The notes: generated by a model from the sequence alone, not told the origin. Shown: positions 1 to 11,510, counted from the first letter of the stretch. The stretch: DNA of 64,000 nucleotides from an uncultured Chthonomonadaceae bacterium (GCA_963817895.1 CAWFQB010000001.1:1056001-1120000), one strand, 5' to 3'. Numbers and translations: made by a program.

Positions 1-45
1 ACACAATGAAGCACATACCAATTATTTTGTTTTGTTTATTTTTGA

Positions 46-77
46 GGGAGGGCGCAAATTGCGCTCTCCCCCTTTTT
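46..77 (+). terminator. Rho-independent terminator of a convergent gene ending left of the window
   Basis: GGGAGGGCGCAA-A-TTGCGCTCTCCC hairpin followed by a T-tract on the + strand. Confidence 0.6.
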
Positions 78-102
78 CGTTGTCTGTGTTCGGGTAATTG
101 CC

Positions 103-366
103 TTATCGCGCAAATAATTTACTGCCGGTTTCTTCCTCTCCTAACCAGAATGAGTCCGGCAGGGGCGCGTTGAAATCGTCGCTCATCCAGAGCGATCCGG
201 CGTTTAATCCAGCTACGCGCGGTTGGTTGGAAAGTACGGGCAAGGTCTTTGTCAGCGCGTCACGAAACACCTGTTGAGCAAATGCGCCTACATCCAACCC
301 GCGCCTTGTGGCCTCTTCGCGCACCTGTTTTTCTATTTCCGGCGCTATGTCCAGCGTGATGGTCAT
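103..366 (-). CDS. Antitoxin-like small protein (DUF2281-type C-terminus)
   Basis: C-terminal [25 protein letters not shown] resembles VapB-type/DUF2281 antitoxins; start overlaps the lon stop (ATGA). Confidence 0.6.
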   Translation of the reverse strand: MTITLDIAPEIEKQVREEATRRGLDVGAFAQQVFRDALTKTLPVLSNQPRVAGLNAGSLWMSDDFNAPLPDSFWLGEEETGSKLFAR

Positions 367-2963
367 TTGGTTTCCTCCAACTTACCCGTTTTCCGCTTGC
401 CTTTGCCGCCTGATGTGGTGGCGCGTTTCGGCTCTGTCGGCGGCGCGTTGGGTTCGGCTTCGGGTTTGAGGTCGGGCGCGTGGCCGTTGCCGTTGCTGCT
501 GATTGCCGCCTCCGAGGGGACGGACGCGGGTAGCAGGGCGAGTTCCAGAACCTCGTCCATGTGCGTAACCAGATGGAAGCGCATGGCGTCGCGTACGCTT
601 TCCGACAGGTCTTCCAAATCCTTGTCGTTTTCCGCAGGCAATATCACCTCGTTGATGCCCGCCCGCCGCGCCGCCAGCACCTTTTCCTTGATGCCGCCAA
701 CCGGAAGGACGCGCCCCCGCAACGTGATTTCGCCCGTCATGGCGATGTCCTTACGAATGGGGCGGCGAGTCAGAGCGGAGGCAATCGCGGCGGCTAAGGT
801 AATGCCCGCCGATGGCCCGTCTTTGGGGACTCCGCCAGCGGGAACGTGGACATGCACGTCCAGACGGCGGTAAAAATCCTCGTCCACGCCCAACTGCGCG
901 GCGCGTGACCGGACAAAGGAAAACGCGGTTTGCGCCGATTCTTTCATCACGTCGCCTAATTGCCCCGTCAATTGCACCCGGCCCTCGTGTCCTTTGAGCA
1001 GGCTCACTTCGATGGTAATGATGTCGCCGCCCACTTCGGTATAGGCCAGTCCGGTGGCAGTCGCGATCTCGTCCTTCTCCTCCATCACGCCATAATGGAA
1101 ACGCCGCTTGCCCAGATACTCTTTCAGGTCGTCCGCGCTGATTTTCACCTGCGCGGTTTGGTCGCCCGCCACGCGCCGCGCCACTTTGCGGCACAGCGTC
1201 GCGATTTCGCGTTCCAGATTGCGAACGCCCGCTTCCCGCGTGTATTCCCGTATCAGTTTTTGCAAGGCCCCGGACGTGACTTCCAACTGTTCTTCGTTCA
1301 AACCGTGATCCTTGCGCTGCTTGGGGAACAGGAATTTCAGGGCGATGTTGAGTTTCTCCTCCTCCGTGTAGCCCGCGAAGGTAATCACCTCCATGCGGTC
1401 TTTCAGGGCGGGCGGAATCGGGTCGAGCAGGTTGGCGGTCGTGACGAACATCACGTCCGACAGATCGAACGGCATTTCCAGATAGTGGTCGCTGAACTCG
1501 GTATTCTGTTCGGGGTCGAGCGCTTCCAGCAGGGCGGAAGAGGGGTCGCCCCGAAAGTCCATGCCCAGTTTGTCAATCTCGTCCAGCATGAAAACCGGAT
1601 TTTTCGCGCCCGCCTGCTTGATGCCCTGAATAACGCGCCCCGGCAGCGCGCCGATATACGTGCGCCGATGCCCCCGTATTTCCGCCTCGTCCCGAACGCC
1701 GCCCAGCGACACGCGAATAAACTTGCGCCCCAATGCCCGCGCGATGCTTTTGCCGATGGAGGTTTTGCCAACGCCCGGAGGCCCGACAAAGCATAAAATC
1801 GGTCCCCGAGATGTGCCGGTCAGCTTGCGCACGGCCAGAAACTCAATGATGCGCTCTTTGGCCTTTTCCAGCCCGAAATGGTCTTCATTCAGGACATTGG
1901 CAGCCTCGTCAATGTCTATGTCATCCGGCGTGGACGCGCTCCACGGCAGGGCCACAATCCAGTCCAGATACGTGCGAATCACAACGCCTTCCGGCGCGGC
2001 GAACGGCATTTTTTCCAGCCGCTCCACTTCGCGCAGGGCGCGTTCGCGGGACGCTTCGGGCATTTTCGCAGCCTCAATTTTCTCGCGGTAGTCGTCCAGT
2101 TCTCCGGTTTTATCGTCGCGTTCGCCCAACTCCTGCTGAATGGCTTTCATCTGTTCGCGCAGAATGAACTCGCGCTGCGTGTCGCCCATCTCTCTTTCCA
2201 CACGTTCACGAATACTCTTTTGTATGTCGAGAATTTGCGCCTCTTTTTTTAGAATGACCGACAATTTTTCAAGCCGTTCGCGCGGGTCGAGCGTTTCCAG
2301 CATATCCTGCTGCTGCTCTACGCGAATCTGGCGCAGAAACGAGGTAATCACATCGGCCAATCGCCCCGGCTCGTCCGTATTGACCACGTTGATGAGCGCT
2401 TCCGGCTGAATGGTTTTGCTGATACCTACCACCTGCTGAAACTGCTGCGACACGCTCCGCATCAGGGCTTCAGTGGCTAAATCTTTGGTTTCTGAGGCCG
2501 GAAGGGGTTCCAGTTGTACCGAAAAGAACGGCTCGGTTTGCAGGTACTTGACCACGCGCGCCCGACCCAACCCCTCCAGCATCACGCGCACGGTTCCATC
2601 CGGGACGCGCAAAACCTGCATGATTTCGGCTACAATCCCTATCTGGTAAATCTCGTCGGGTTCGGGGTCTTCGGCGTGGAGTTCCTTTTGGGCGACAACA
2701 AAAATCTGCCGCTGATTGGCGGCCGCTTCTTCCAGTCCGCGCACGGATTTTTCGCGCCCGACAAGGAGCGGGAACATCTCATGTGGAAAATGCACCTGAT
2801 CGCGAATGGGCAGCAGGGGCAGGATTTCGGGAAACCCCGCCATGTCGCTCTCATCGGCCTGGGCAGCAAGCAACGCGCTTAACTCCTCCTGCGCCAGACG
2901 CAGAGCCTCCTCTGTAATTGTCGGCGGGGGAATTTCCGATTTGGACTTGCGCGTGCGTGCCAT
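363..2963 (-). CDS. lon: ATP-dependent Lon protease (endopeptidase La)
   Basis: LON N-domain, Walker [18 protein letters not shown] catalytic Ser motif, GGIKEK; start reassigned to MARTRK with an AGGAG RBS at 2971-2975. Confidence 0.97.
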   Translation of the reverse strand: MARTRKSKSEIPPPTITEEALRLAQEELSALLAAQADESDMAGFPEILPLLPIRDQVHFPHEMFPLLVGREKSVRGLEEAAANQRQIFVVAQKELHAEDPEPDEIYQIGIVAEIMQVLRVPDGTVRVMLEGLGRARVVKYLQTEPFFSVQLEPLPASETKDLATEALMRSVSQQFQQVVGISKTIQPEALINVVNTDEPGRLADVITSFLRQIRVEQQQDMLETLDPRERLEKLSVILKKEAQILDIQKSIRERVEREMGDTQREFILREQMKAIQQELGERDDKTGELDDYREKIEAAKMPEASRERALREVERLEKMPFAAPEGVVIRTYLDWIVALPWSASTPDDIDIDEAANVLNEDHFGLEKAKERIIEFLAVRKLTGTSRGPILCFVGPPGVGKTSIGKSIARALGRKFIRVSLGGVRDEAEIRGHRRTYIGALPGRVIQGIKQAGAKNPVFMLDEIDKLGMDFRGDPSSALLEALDPEQNTEFSDHYLEMPFDLSDVMFVTTANLLDPIPPALKDRMEVITFAGYTEEEKLNIALKFLFPKQRKDHGLNEEQLEVTSGALQKLIREYTREAGVRNLEREIATLCRKVARRVAGDQTAQVKISADDLKEYLGKRRFHYGVMEEKDEIATATGLAYTEVGGDIITIEVSLLKGHEGRVQLTGQLGDVMKESAQTAFSFVRSRAAQLGVDEDFYRRLDVHVHVPAGGVPKDGPSAGITLAAAIASALTRRPIRKDIAMTGEITLRGRVLPVGGIKEKVLAARRAGINEVILPAENDKDLEDLSESVRDAMRFHLVTHMDEVLELALLPASVPSEAAISSNGNGHAPDLKPEAEPNAPPTEPKRATTSGGKGKRKTGKLEETK

Positions 2964-3176
2964 AATATCACTCCTGATGAAGACAAATTTGAAAATGGAG
3001 AAAGAAGGTAGGTCAAACTGATTATACGCGCCAATACTTGAAAAGGTTGTTGGTGGCTGGTGATTGGTGTGGTTGGTGACTGGTGGTTGGTGGTTAGTGA
3101 TTGGCAAGACCTGTCCGCTTATCCCTTATTTCTATATTCTTTATTCTATATTCTATATTCTATATTCGATACTCCT

Positions 3177-5045
3177 ATGAAACCATTCGCGTCCATTCGC
3201 GTTCATTCGCGGCTAAATTTATTCTGGAAGCGTCGCCGGGATTTGCTGCTGGCAGGCGTGGTTGTGGTTCTGGTCGGGCTGCTGACGCCCTGGCTGAATC
3301 AGCGCCCGATTGTCACTCAGGCGGCATGGGAGGTGTTCGAACATTATATCAAGTCGCTGGAAGTTGATTCTGTGAAGAATCGCGTGGCGGTTGTGGCTGT
3401 AGACGATACCGCGTACAGCAACTTTGAAATCAAAGAGCCGATGCCGCGCAAGTATCTGGCTGGCCTGATCGCCACCCTTTGCCAGAACAGCCACCCGCAG
3501 GCGATTGGCATTGACGTGCTGCTCGACGCGCTCTCTCCCCCCGGCCATGAGTTTGAAGACGATATGCTGGAAGAGGCTTTGCAGCTTGCGCAGGCGCGGC
3601 ATGTGCCGGTTGTTCTCGCGTGTAACCCGGAACCCTCAACCCATGAACCGCCCATATTCCCCCTGCCCCGATTCGCGCGCTGGTGCGATGTGGGCCATGC
3701 GCTGCTGAAGCAGGACGAACACAGCGCATCGGGTGAAATTCGCGCGGTTGACTGGCTCAAACCGTTTGAGAAACAGAGGATTCCCGCCTTTTCTGCGCTG
3801 ATTGCAGTTCGGGCGCAGGGTCTGCCCGCGTCCGTCACCGAAGACTGGATACGCAAAATCCTACGCCCCCGCCGCGAATTCAGTTCTTACATCTTTTTCA
3901 GGCCGCGTGTCAATATTGCCGAAGTTCCCGCCGATGAGGTTGTGCCGGAAAATCCCGCTGTGGCGCAGAGTTTTGAGGGCAAAATCGTGCTGATTGGCGC
4001 GACTGCCAAAACACGGGGCGACGTGCTGCGAACGTCCCTGCAGATGAAAGATCACCCGGAGGGTATGCCGGGCGTTTTCGGACATGCGTATGCCATTCTC
4101 ACGCTGATCGGGCCGGGGCTGACGGTTCCGCCCGTCTGGCTGGAATCAGTGCTGTCCATGCTGCTCGGTGGCCTATTTTTGGGGATGCTGTATCGCTTCG
4201 GAACCGCGCGAACGTTTGTTTGGGCTGCGCTGGCCCTGTGCCTGTTGACGGCGGGAACGCTGCTTGTGTGCGCGTTTACCGGTGTGCTGCTCAACTTTGC
4301 CCCCTCGCTTGGCGCGATTTTCCTGTGCGGGCTGGCGTGGTGGTACTGGCGGAAACGTTACTTGAACGCCTGTTACGAATCGTTCCTTACCCGTCCCGTT
4401 GTGCGCGGTATCGGGCAAGTAAACAACGTGGAGGACTTCGCTTCTACGACCGCGCCCGGCAGTATTCTGTTTTGCGATCTCATCGGATACAGCAAAGCGT
4501 GTCGCGAATTGTCCCCGACCGAAGCGATTCGGCTGGTGAATTATTACCTGTCGCCAGTTGCCGACATTATACAAAATTACGGCGGTCTTCTGGATAAGTA
4601 TCTGGGCGATGGCTGCTTCGCTTTTTTTGGCGTTGGCACGTATGGCGAAAAGTCCCTTTCGGAGAAAACCGCCGCGCTCAATGCCGCCCGCGCCGCGTGG
4701 CGTATTCATCAGGAGATGGAGAAATTGCGCGCGGAAGCCGAGGCCAATAACGTGCCACTGCTGACGCTCAGTATGGGCATCCATACCGGCCCATTGACGG
4801 CGGGGCTGGTCGGACCTATCGGGCGCAAGCAGTTCACGGTTATTGGCGATTCGGTCAATGACGCCTGCCGTGTGGAAAGCATCGGGCATCAGACGGGCGT
4901 GACTCCCCCCTTCACCACCCGAATTCAAGTCTCAGAAGCCGCCGCTGACTTGCTTGCCGGCGTCGCCACCCTGGAACTTAAAAACTACACGCCCACCGAA
5001 AAATATTCCGCGCCCATCTATGAACTGCAAAACCTTGTGGATTAG
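3177..5045 (+). CDS. CHASE2-domain membrane adenylate/guanylate cyclase (class III)
   Basis: CHASE2 motifs (IGIDVLL, GKIVLIG, GVFGHA), three TM helices, cyclase motifs FCDLIGYS, DKYLGD, TVIGDSVNDACRVES. Confidence 0.9.
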   Translation: MKPFASIRVHSRLNLFWKRRRDLLLAGVVVVLVGLLTPWLNQRPIVTQAAWEVFEHYIKSLEVDSVKNRVAVVAVDDTAYSNFEIKEPMPRKYLAGLIATLCQNSHPQAIGIDVLLDALSPPGHEFEDDMLEEALQLAQARHVPVVLACNPEPSTHEPPIFPLPRFARWCDVGHALLKQDEHSASGEIRAVDWLKPFEKQRIPAFSALIAVRAQGLPASVTEDWIRKILRPRREFSSYIFFRPRVNIAEVPADEVVPENPAVAQSFEGKIVLIGATAKTRGDVLRTSLQMKDHPEGMPGVFGHAYAILTLIGPGLTVPPVWLESVLSMLLGGLFLGMLYRFGTARTFVWAALALCLLTAGTLLVCAFTGVLLNFAPSLGAIFLCGLAWWYWRKRYLNACYESFLTRPVVRGIGQVNNVEDFASTTAPGSILFCDLIGYSKACRELSPTEAIRLVNYYLSPVADIIQNYGGLLDKYLGDGCFAFFGVGTYGEKSLSEKTAALNAARAAWRIHQEMEKLRAEAEANNVPLLTLSMGIHTGPLTAGLVGPIGRKQFTVIGDSVNDACRVESIGHQTGVTPPFTTRIQVSEAAADLLAGVATLELKNYTPTEKYSAPIYELQNLVD

Positions 5046-5053
5046 AGGATGTG

Positions 5054-5171
5054 CCGGGTGTTGAAAACACCCGGCAGGAAAGTGCAAGCGTCCTGCGGAC
5101 GCGACTCTTTATTCAAGATTCGCGCGTCCGCAGGACGCTTACTTTGTTCAGACAGGGATTTTCAATCCCTA
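5054..5171. repeat. REP-like palindrome cluster
   Basis: CCGGGTGTTGAAAACACCCGG, AAGCGTCCTGCGGACGCG...CGCGTCCGCAGGACGCTT and AGGGATTTTCAATCCCT hairpins; partial second copy at 51909-51963. Confidence 0.7.
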
Positions 5172-5243
5172 GCCTATTGGGATAGCCTCTTATCTGATGA
5201 AAGCGGGCTTGCGGAGCCTGACTCGCCCGTGTTATAATGGGGC

Positions 5244-6782
5244 ATGTTTATTCACCGATTCCACCCTGCCCAACTTCTGCCCATCCTGCCGCTTACCCTC
5301 CTGTGTGTACCTGTTTCGCAGGCGGCAGGAAGAGGCGTTTCCCCCGCGCCGCTTAACGGGCATGGAAACAGTATTTCCTTGCGCCTTCCGCAGGCGGGAG
5401 CGGGGCAGGCGAAGCGCAAAACCCGAACGCGCCCCGCGCCTCCCGTTCCCGCCGATGGCTGCGCCAATCAGCAATCTCCACTCGTTCGCGTGTGCCTGCT
5501 GCGCAATGAGGGCGCGGCGCAAATCTCCGTGGAAGCCCCGTCCGGGGCGAAACTGCTCAACGACATGGGACGGGAACGCGCATCGGGTGTTGGCCCCTGG
5601 ACGTTTAGCGCGAGTGGTAGCGGCATACAGGCGCGCGACGCGCAGGGCAGAAGACTGGGCGTAATCGTGGAGGGGCAGCCCTGGCGCGTCCAGACCGAAG
5701 ATGGGGGCGCGCAACTCGGCCTGCGCGGGGCGGGTCGCGCGGGTCGCCATTATCGCGGCAGTCTGGAAATCCGCAACGCGGGCGGGCAGATTCGGCTTAT
5801 CAACGAAGTGGACATGGAATCGTATCTGTGCGGCGTTGTCATCAGCGAAATCGGCGACGGGCCACTCGAAGCCCTCAAAGCGCAGGCGATTGCCGCGCGC
5901 ACCTACGCTATCAGCAGTCGGGGAAGGTGGCGCACAGACGGTTACGATCTGCGCGATACGGTTGACTCGCAGGCGTATAACGGTGTCGAGGCAGAAACGC
6001 CGGAGGGCAACCGGGCGGTACGGGAGACTTCAGGCTGGATACTGACACAGAACGGGCAGGCCATTGACGCGGACTTTTGCGACGACTGCGGCGGCGTCAC
6101 GGCTCCCGGCGATGATCCCAATATTTTGCCCCGCTCGGTTTCCGATGCCGAAGCGCACCGCAACATTCGCCATTCGCCGCATGGTGTCTGGACACTCGCT
6201 CTTTCCGGCGAGAAACTGAGCGCGATGGTGGGCCGAAACAGCAAAGCGCGCGGAACGGGAACCCTGCTCGGCGCGGAAATCAGCGCGCGGGACGTTTCCG
6301 GGCGGGCGCAGCGCGTCCGACTGGCATGGGGGCCAAAACCCACTCTGCTCACGGCTTCCAATTCCGGTTATTCCAATTCCTCCTCAAATTACCCTGCAAA
6401 CATTGCGCCGCCCTCCACTTCGGAAACTGCCGACAACAAAGCCACATCTTCCGCGCAGCCTGTTCCACCATCTGTGATGGCGCCTGCCTCAACTATGTTT
6501 ACGGAAGTGAGCGGCGAAAGCCTGCGCGGACTGATCGGTTACAACGTTCTGCGCAGCGCGCTGTTTACCATCAAGCGCCTGCCCAACGGCGATTTTCAGT
6601 TTGACGGCAAAGGCTGGGGACACGGACACGGATTGTGTCAACAGGGCGCCCTCGCCCTTGCCGCCGCCCCCCTGAACCGCTCCGCTTCCGCCATTTTGCA
6701 GCACTACTATCCCGGCGCATTGCTCACGCGCATGTCGCAGGCCGGAGAAGAGGGTTCGACAGAAAAGGAGACGGGGAGATAG
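5244..6782 (+). CDS. SpoIID/LytB-domain lytic transglycosylase-like protein
   Basis: YLCGVVISE, EALKAQAIAARTYA, DTVDSQAY, GWGHGHGLCQQGA, ILQHYYPG motifs; signal peptide. Confidence 0.9.
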   Translation: MFIHRFHPAQLLPILPLTLLCVPVSQAAGRGVSPAPLNGHGNSISLRLPQAGAGQAKRKTRTRPAPPVPADGCANQQSPLVRVCLLRNEGAAQISVEAPSGAKLLNDMGRERASGVGPWTFSASGSGIQARDAQGRRLGVIVEGQPWRVQTEDGGAQLGLRGAGRAGRHYRGSLEIRNAGGQIRLINEVDMESYLCGVVISEIGDGPLEALKAQAIAARTYAISSRGRWRTDGYDLRDTVDSQAYNGVEAETPEGNRAVRETSGWILTQNGQAIDADFCDDCGGVTAPGDDPNILPRSVSDAEAHRNIRHSPHGVWTLALSGEKLSAMVGRNSKARGTGTLLGAEISARDVSGRAQRVRLAWGPKPTLLTASNSGYSNSSSNYPANIAPPSTSETADNKATSSAQPVPPSVMAPASTMFTEVSGESLRGLIGYNVLRSALFTIKRLPNGDFQFDGKGWGHGHGLCQQGALALAAAPLNRSASAILQHYYPGALLTRMSQAGEEGSTEKETGR

Positions 6783-6898
6783 GGAGATAACGTAGGGACA
6801 CAACATGTTGTGTCCCTACGTTATCTCCGCCGGATTGGTGTGTCCAACCCCCGGCAGCAACGCCGGATACAATTTGTATCCGGCGTTGCTGCCGGGGG
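6783..6898. repeat. Two long palindromes (GTAG-type REP-like)
   Basis: GGAGATAACGTAGGGACACAACATGTTGTGTCCCTACGTTATCTCC and CCCCGGCAGCAACGCCGGATACAATTTGTATCCGGCGTTGCTGCCGGGG; half copy AGGGACACAACATG near 20415. Confidence 0.75.
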
Positions 6899-6947
6899 TT
6901 ATACTCGCTTCAATTTCTTATGCGCGTGAATTGGGCGCACAGGGATA

Positions 6948-7256
6948 TTATGAGCGGCGATGCGGTACGAAGGCGGCCTGTCGCCACATTACGCGCCATT
7001 CCTTCAAAGTTTTTTCCAGCGCTTCTTCGGGGGAGTTGCCCTCGATGCGTTGTTTGTGGTAGTCTTCAAAAGCCAGAGCGTAGCCCGGCAATTGAAGTTC
7101 TGCTTCCTCATCCGTAATGCTGGGCGGGGACATAAACGCCTCGTTGATTCCCGCGCAGGGGGTGCTATCCTGTGTACCGCTAAAGCGTGAGGCAGAAGCA
7201 GAATTACTTGACGTGTTGTATAAATCGTTCATCATGGTTACGATACCTACTTTCAC
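6948..7256 (-). CDS. Hypothetical protein
   Basis: 102-aa ORF, no recognisable motif. Confidence 0.35.
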   Translation of the reverse strand: MKVGIVTMMNDLYNTSSNSASASRFSGTQDSTPCAGINEAFMSPPSITDEEAELQLPGYALAFEDYHKQRIEGNSPEEALEKTLKEWRVMWRQAAFVPHRRS

Positions 7257-7517
7257 TCGTCAGGGAGTGTACGACATCCAGGTCGTCATCCAAAGGCGTG
7301 AAACACGCGCATCATGTCGCGTGGTATGAAGAGGACGTTAAACCGGCGCGAATGTTCCCATACATACATTGAACAGGTAATTTTTGCGTCAAAATAGAGG
7401 CAAACGCGGTTTAACAGGGTGATGGTACTAATTATGGCATATTTCGCGGCAAAATACTGTTTGGAGGCCGGAATTTTTTGTTGCAACAATTCCGGCCCTT
7501 TATTCGTATTCTGACGC

Positions 7518-9764
7518 TTACTGCGCGTTCAGGGCGAAATCATCCACGAGGAACGAGGTCGCTCTGGAACTGTTTTCTACGCCGATCAGATACACCTGAA
7601 TTGTCTGCCCTTTGTAGGCCGACAGGTCGAAAGTTTTCTGGCTGTACGCGCTGGACTTGTTCAGGTTGGAATAGGTGGCGAGGGTGGTGAGTACCGTTCC
7701 GCCGCTGTTGCGCACCTGAACTTTGAGCGTGTCATAGGCAGTCGTCGTCGTGGTTTCGCTGCTGCTGATGTACAGCCAGAAGGTAAGCGTGGCCGTCGTG
7801 ATGGTCGAGGGGATGCTCACCTGCTGATACAGCGTGTCCGTATGCGTCGTGCCGTAGCCGTCCAGCCAGGCTTTCCAACTGCCCGTATGGGCCGCCGGAC
7901 TCGCCGTGTTGTCAATCACGCCCGAAGACGCGACCCATGGCGCGGCATTGGACGAGCCGTTTTCAAAGCCGGGATTGCCCAGCAGTTGCGTCGGTTGCGT
8001 ACCGCCCCCGCCGCCCCCACCACCTGTGACCGTGCCGCCCGTCAGATCGGTAAGCAGGTTCACGCCGTTGTTGATGGTTCCCAAACCGGTCGCCAGATCG
8101 TACCCGGCAACAGCGGGATAGTACAGGTTGGTGCTGTTGTCCGCAATGTCATGGAACTCCGTCGTGTAGTTGGTTCCTTTGCCGATGGTGTAAAGCGCGG
8201 GATTGGCGAAGCCCAGTGTGGCTTTGCCCGCGCTGACGCGCTGCTGATTTACCAGAGCGGTAAAGGCCGACCACAGCGGGGCCGCGCAGCTTGTGCCGCC
8301 ATAAATGTTCCATGCTCCCCCGACATAGATGGCGTAGCCGTTGTTCGGATCAGCGTTCAGGGACACATCGGGAACGTTGCGATTTGTGGTGGATGTTTTC
8401 GCGGCTGTAGACCCAACGCCGGACTGATAGGAGGGAATCGTCCAGACCGTGCTGATTCCGCCGCCCCCGCCGCCGCCCCGGATGCTGCCGCCGTTCCAGG
8501 TGGTTTCCGAACTCCACGCGCCGCCCGCGCCCGCCGTCGTTACTTTCGTGCCGCCAACGCCGGTCATGTAGGGCTGCGAGGCCGGGTCATCCACGCTCAG
8601 GCTGCTGCCGTTGTCGTACGCGCCGCTGTCGCCGGATGCGGCAAAGATGCTCTGCCCCTGCGCGGCCATCTGTTGAAAAGCGGTGTTTTCGCTGGCGCGT
8701 GTGCTGGAACTGCTAGAATTTTCAGCCAATCCCCAACTGGTGCTGACGCTTTTGGCAAGGTTGTCGGCCGCAATGCGATTGTACGTGTCAACCACACCCG
8801 TACCGCTATTAGGACCCTCGTAAACCAGAATTTTGGAGATGCCCGGGGCCAGAGCGATTTGCAGTTCGATGTCGAGCGTCACTTCGCCCGCGCCACTGCC
8901 CGCCGCGCCGGAATAGCCGTCCACAAGCACGTTTTGCAGCGTCACATTCGGGAGGCCGAAGTTGCTCTCATAGGCGGTAATATCGCTGGCTTTGTAGCCA
9001 TCAAGTTCAAATAGCGCCAGGGTTTGCCCCGCGCCCGTCTGAGTCGCGCCCGTCAGTCCATACGCCTTTTTGATGTCTGCGGGCGCCAGTCCGCCGCCCG
9101 GCCCGGAGCCGGTGACAAAGGGCGTCAGGCTTCCATCCGGCGGCAGTTGTCCGGCGGGCGCGTTGAGAAACGCGAGGGGGTCGGCGGGCTTGACGCGGTT
9201 ATGCGTTTGCCACACTTCAGCGGTATCCAGGCCGACGATGCCTTGCAGTTTGTTCGCCACGCTCGCGGGAAGGGCGGGGTCGCTGTCGGGCGCGCGAAAC
9301 ACGCGGCCTGTTGGCAATCGATACTGCTTCAAGCGCACTCCGAAGGCGGCTTCCACCGTTTGCGCCGGGGCGGCCACATCCACAACCAGGCGGTTGGCAT
9401 GGGTGTTCGTCACGGTCAATCCCTGCGCCTGCGCAAAGGCGATCACAGCGTTGTAATCCGCCTGCGTGGGCGCGAACTGCGCTTTGAACTGTTCCGTCGT
9501 CAGGTATTTGCCGTACATCGGGTCGGCGGGATCGTACAGGCGGGCCAGCAAATCGTTGAGCGCGGGTTGGTTGCGCAGGGGCAGGGAAAGCGCGAGGCGG
9601 ACGGTTTCCGCAGGCTGTACGCGCCCGGCAAGATTGGCGCTTTGCACCAGAGCGGGAACATGGCCGCGCAGGGGCAGCCTGCCGGTCTGCGCCGAAGCGG
9701 AAAGGGAGAGTGAAGCCAGGCCACAAAGCGCGGCCAAATAGGTGAAAACGGATTGCGAACTCAT
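7518..9764 (-). CDS. S53 (sedolisin/kumamolisin) serine-carboxyl peptidase with pro-domain and C-terminal beta-sandwich domain
   Basis: Signal peptide, pro-kumamolisin domain, EVTLDIE, ASGDSG, GGTSCAAPLW, GYDLATGLG; start placed at MSSQS. Confidence 0.92.
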   Translation of the reverse strand: MSSQSVFTYLAALCGLASLSLSASAQTGRLPLRGHVPALVQSANLAGRVQPAETVRLALSLPLRNQPALNDLLARLYDPADPMYGKYLTTEQFKAQFAPTQADYNAVIAFAQAQGLTVTNTHANRLVVDVAAPAQTVEAAFGVRLKQYRLPTGRVFRAPDSDPALPASVANKLQGIVGLDTAEVWQTHNRVKPADPLAFLNAPAGQLPPDGSLTPFVTGSGPGGGLAPADIKKAYGLTGATQTGAGQTLALFELDGYKASDITAYESNFGLPNVTLQNVLVDGYSGAAGSGAGEVTLDIELQIALAPGISKILVYEGPNSGTGVVDTYNRIAADNLAKSVSTSWGLAENSSSSSTRASENTAFQQMAAQGQSIFAASGDSGAYDNGSSLSVDDPASQPYMTGVGGTKVTTAGAGGAWSSETTWNGGSIRGGGGGGGISTVWTIPSYQSGVGSTAAKTSTTNRNVPDVSLNADPNNGYAIYVGGAWNIYGGTSCAAPLWSAFTALVNQQRVSAGKATLGFANPALYTIGKGTNYTTEFHDIADNSTNLYYPAVAGYDLATGLGTINNGVNLLTDLTGGTVTGGGGGGGGTQPTQLLGNPGFENGSSNAAPWVASSGVIDNTASPAAHTGSWKAWLDGYGTTHTDTLYQQVSIPSTITTATLTFWLYISSSETTTTTAYDTLKVQVRNSGGTVLTTLATYSNLNKSSAYSQKTFDLSAYKGQTIQVYLIGVENSSRATSFLVDDFALNAQ

Positions 9765-10007
9765 ACGGCGAACATTACGCCCAAAGCAGCATCGTTTCAA
9801 ATTCCAAACTCCTGTAACCGGGACAGAGTGTAGTCCGGCGGGGTCATGCGAAAGAAAATTGGGGAGGCCTAATGGCGAAAGAAGCTCTTGCGCGAAAAGA
9901 ATAGGTCTATTGTACAAGAGATTTATAGAAATAGCCGGGTAATATTACTGGAAAGAGACCTTGTTACCAAAAATTTTACGGTATTTTATGTGACGCTTCG
10001 TAAATGC

Positions 10008-10045
10008 AAACAGCCTCCGCCGGTAAATACCGGCGGAGGCTGTTT
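10008..10045 (-). terminator. Intrinsic terminator downstream of rseP
   Basis: AAACAGCCTCCGCCGGTA-AA-TACCGGCGGAGGCTGTTT perfect inverted repeat. Confidence 0.75.
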
Positions 10046-10169
10046 ATAATAAATTCACCCAAATCGCCCTCAACCCCTAACCCCTTCTCCCGAAAAAGCC
10101 TGGGAGAAGGGGAATTTACTGGAATAGACTCTAAATGCCTGAACACCTAACGACCTAACAACTAACAAC

Positions 10170-11510
10170 CTACCTGTGCAGCAGTCCCGAAATGTCCTTG
10201 TACATTACCAGGACGAACAGGACGCCGATGATGGAGATGCCGACGAGTTGTGCGCCGTACACTTCGCGCCCGGTCAATTTGCGCCTGCGGATGCCTTCGA
10301 TGCTCAATAGCAGCAGATGTCCGCCGTCCAATACGGGGATCGGCAGCAGGTTCATAATGCCCAGGCTGATACTGAGCATAGCGGCGGTGAAGATAACGCG
10401 CCAGGGACCCTCTTTGCTGTCCTGATGAATCTGTCCGGCGATGCTCACGATGCCGCCGACATTGCCCGCAGCGAGTTTCGGATGTGTTAAAATGATCAGC
10501 GTGGTTCGGACGTAGTTGTAAATCATCACCGTCCCGGTCTTGATGGCCTCTACAGGGCCGTAACGCTGCCACACGACATGCGGGCGCGGCACAAATCCAA
10601 GTTGTCCCTGTTTCGACGCGGGCTTGCCGCTGCTCTTGTCTTCCTCCACGTCTACTGAATCCGGCGTGGCAATGATGGTTTGCAGCGGGGCGTAGCCGCG
10701 CGCGATCACAAGCCGCAGGGGAACTCCCGCATGGTCATGAATCACGCCAACCATCTGTTCGCCGTCCGTAATTTTGGTGTCGTTGATCTGTACAATACGG
10801 TCACCCGATTTCAGGCCCACTTTGTCCGCAGGCTTGCCCCGAACAACGGATTCAACGACATTCTCGTTGTAATCGGTATGGGGCAGGCCAAACGTCATGC
10901 CCATTACGCAGAACAGAAAGTAGCCGAGAAACAGGCTCATGACCGGGCCTGCAAAGATCACAGCGGCGCGCTGCCACAAAGGTTTTTGGTTGTACCAGGT
11001 GGGGTCGGGAACGAAATTCTTGCTGGCAAGCACGGCTTCGATGTAGCGCTGCTCCTGCGCGTTGATGGTCGCGCTGTGGGAAAGCGCGATCAGTTCCGCT
11101 TCGCCGTTCGGGGTTACTATATTGTCCTCAACGGCGTTGTCTACGGCCTGCTCCACGCGCTCGGAAATCTGCTCCGGGTCAATCGTGTCCAGCGCCTCCA
11201 TGTCCAGCCCCTGCAAGTTCTGGGCAAGATGGCGCTTCTTCGGATTGCGGGTCAGGAGGGGCGCGCCGTTGGAGATGTCTTCGGGTTCCATGCCCGCGAT
11301 TTTGACAAAGCCGCCGAGTGGGATCAGGCGAATGTTGTATTTCGTGCCGTTGCGTTCGCCAAGCGGGATAATCACCTTGCCGAAAAACAGCGAAAAATCG
11401 TCCACGCGCATCCCGCACAGTTTCGCCACGATGTAGTGGCCCCACTCATGCGCCAGCACAAGCGCGCTCAACACAGCCAGAAAATACAGGGCAGAGACTA
11501 TTTTATCCAT
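10170..11510 (-). CDS. rseP: RIP metalloprotease RseP (M50 family with PDZ domain)
   Basis: HEWGH, IPLGGFVKIAG, PDZ domain, NLLPIPVLDGGH; downstream of dxr as in the conserved operon. Confidence 0.93.
   Translation of the reverse strand: MDKIVSALYFLAVLSALVLAHEWGHYIVAKLCGMRVDDFSLFFGKVIIPLGERNGTKYNIRLIPLGGFVKIAGMEPEDISNGAPLLTRNPKKRHLAQNLQGLDMEALDTIDPEQISERVEQAVDNAVEDNIVTPNGEAELIALSHSATINAQEQRYIEAVLASKNFVPDPTWYNQKPLWQRAAVIFAGPVMSLFLGYFLFCVMGMTFGLPHTDYNENVVESVVRGKPADKVGLKSGDRIVQINDTKITDGEQMVGVIHDHAGVPLRLVIARGYAPLQTIIATPDSVDVEEDKSSGKPASKQGQLGFVPRPHVVWQRYGPVEAIKTGTVMIYNYVRTTLIILTHPKLAAGNVGGIVSIAGQIHQDSKEGPWRVIFTAAMLSISLGIMNLLPIPVLDGGHLLLLSIEGIRRRKLTGREVYGAQLVGISIIGVLFVLVMYKDISGLLHR

Noticed and set aside
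2964..3176. N-terminal extensions of lon and the cyclase given by the ORF track
   Set aside because: They translate intergenic 7-mer repeats (TNHQPP, LYSIF); better starts with RBS or family-consistent N-termini lie downstream
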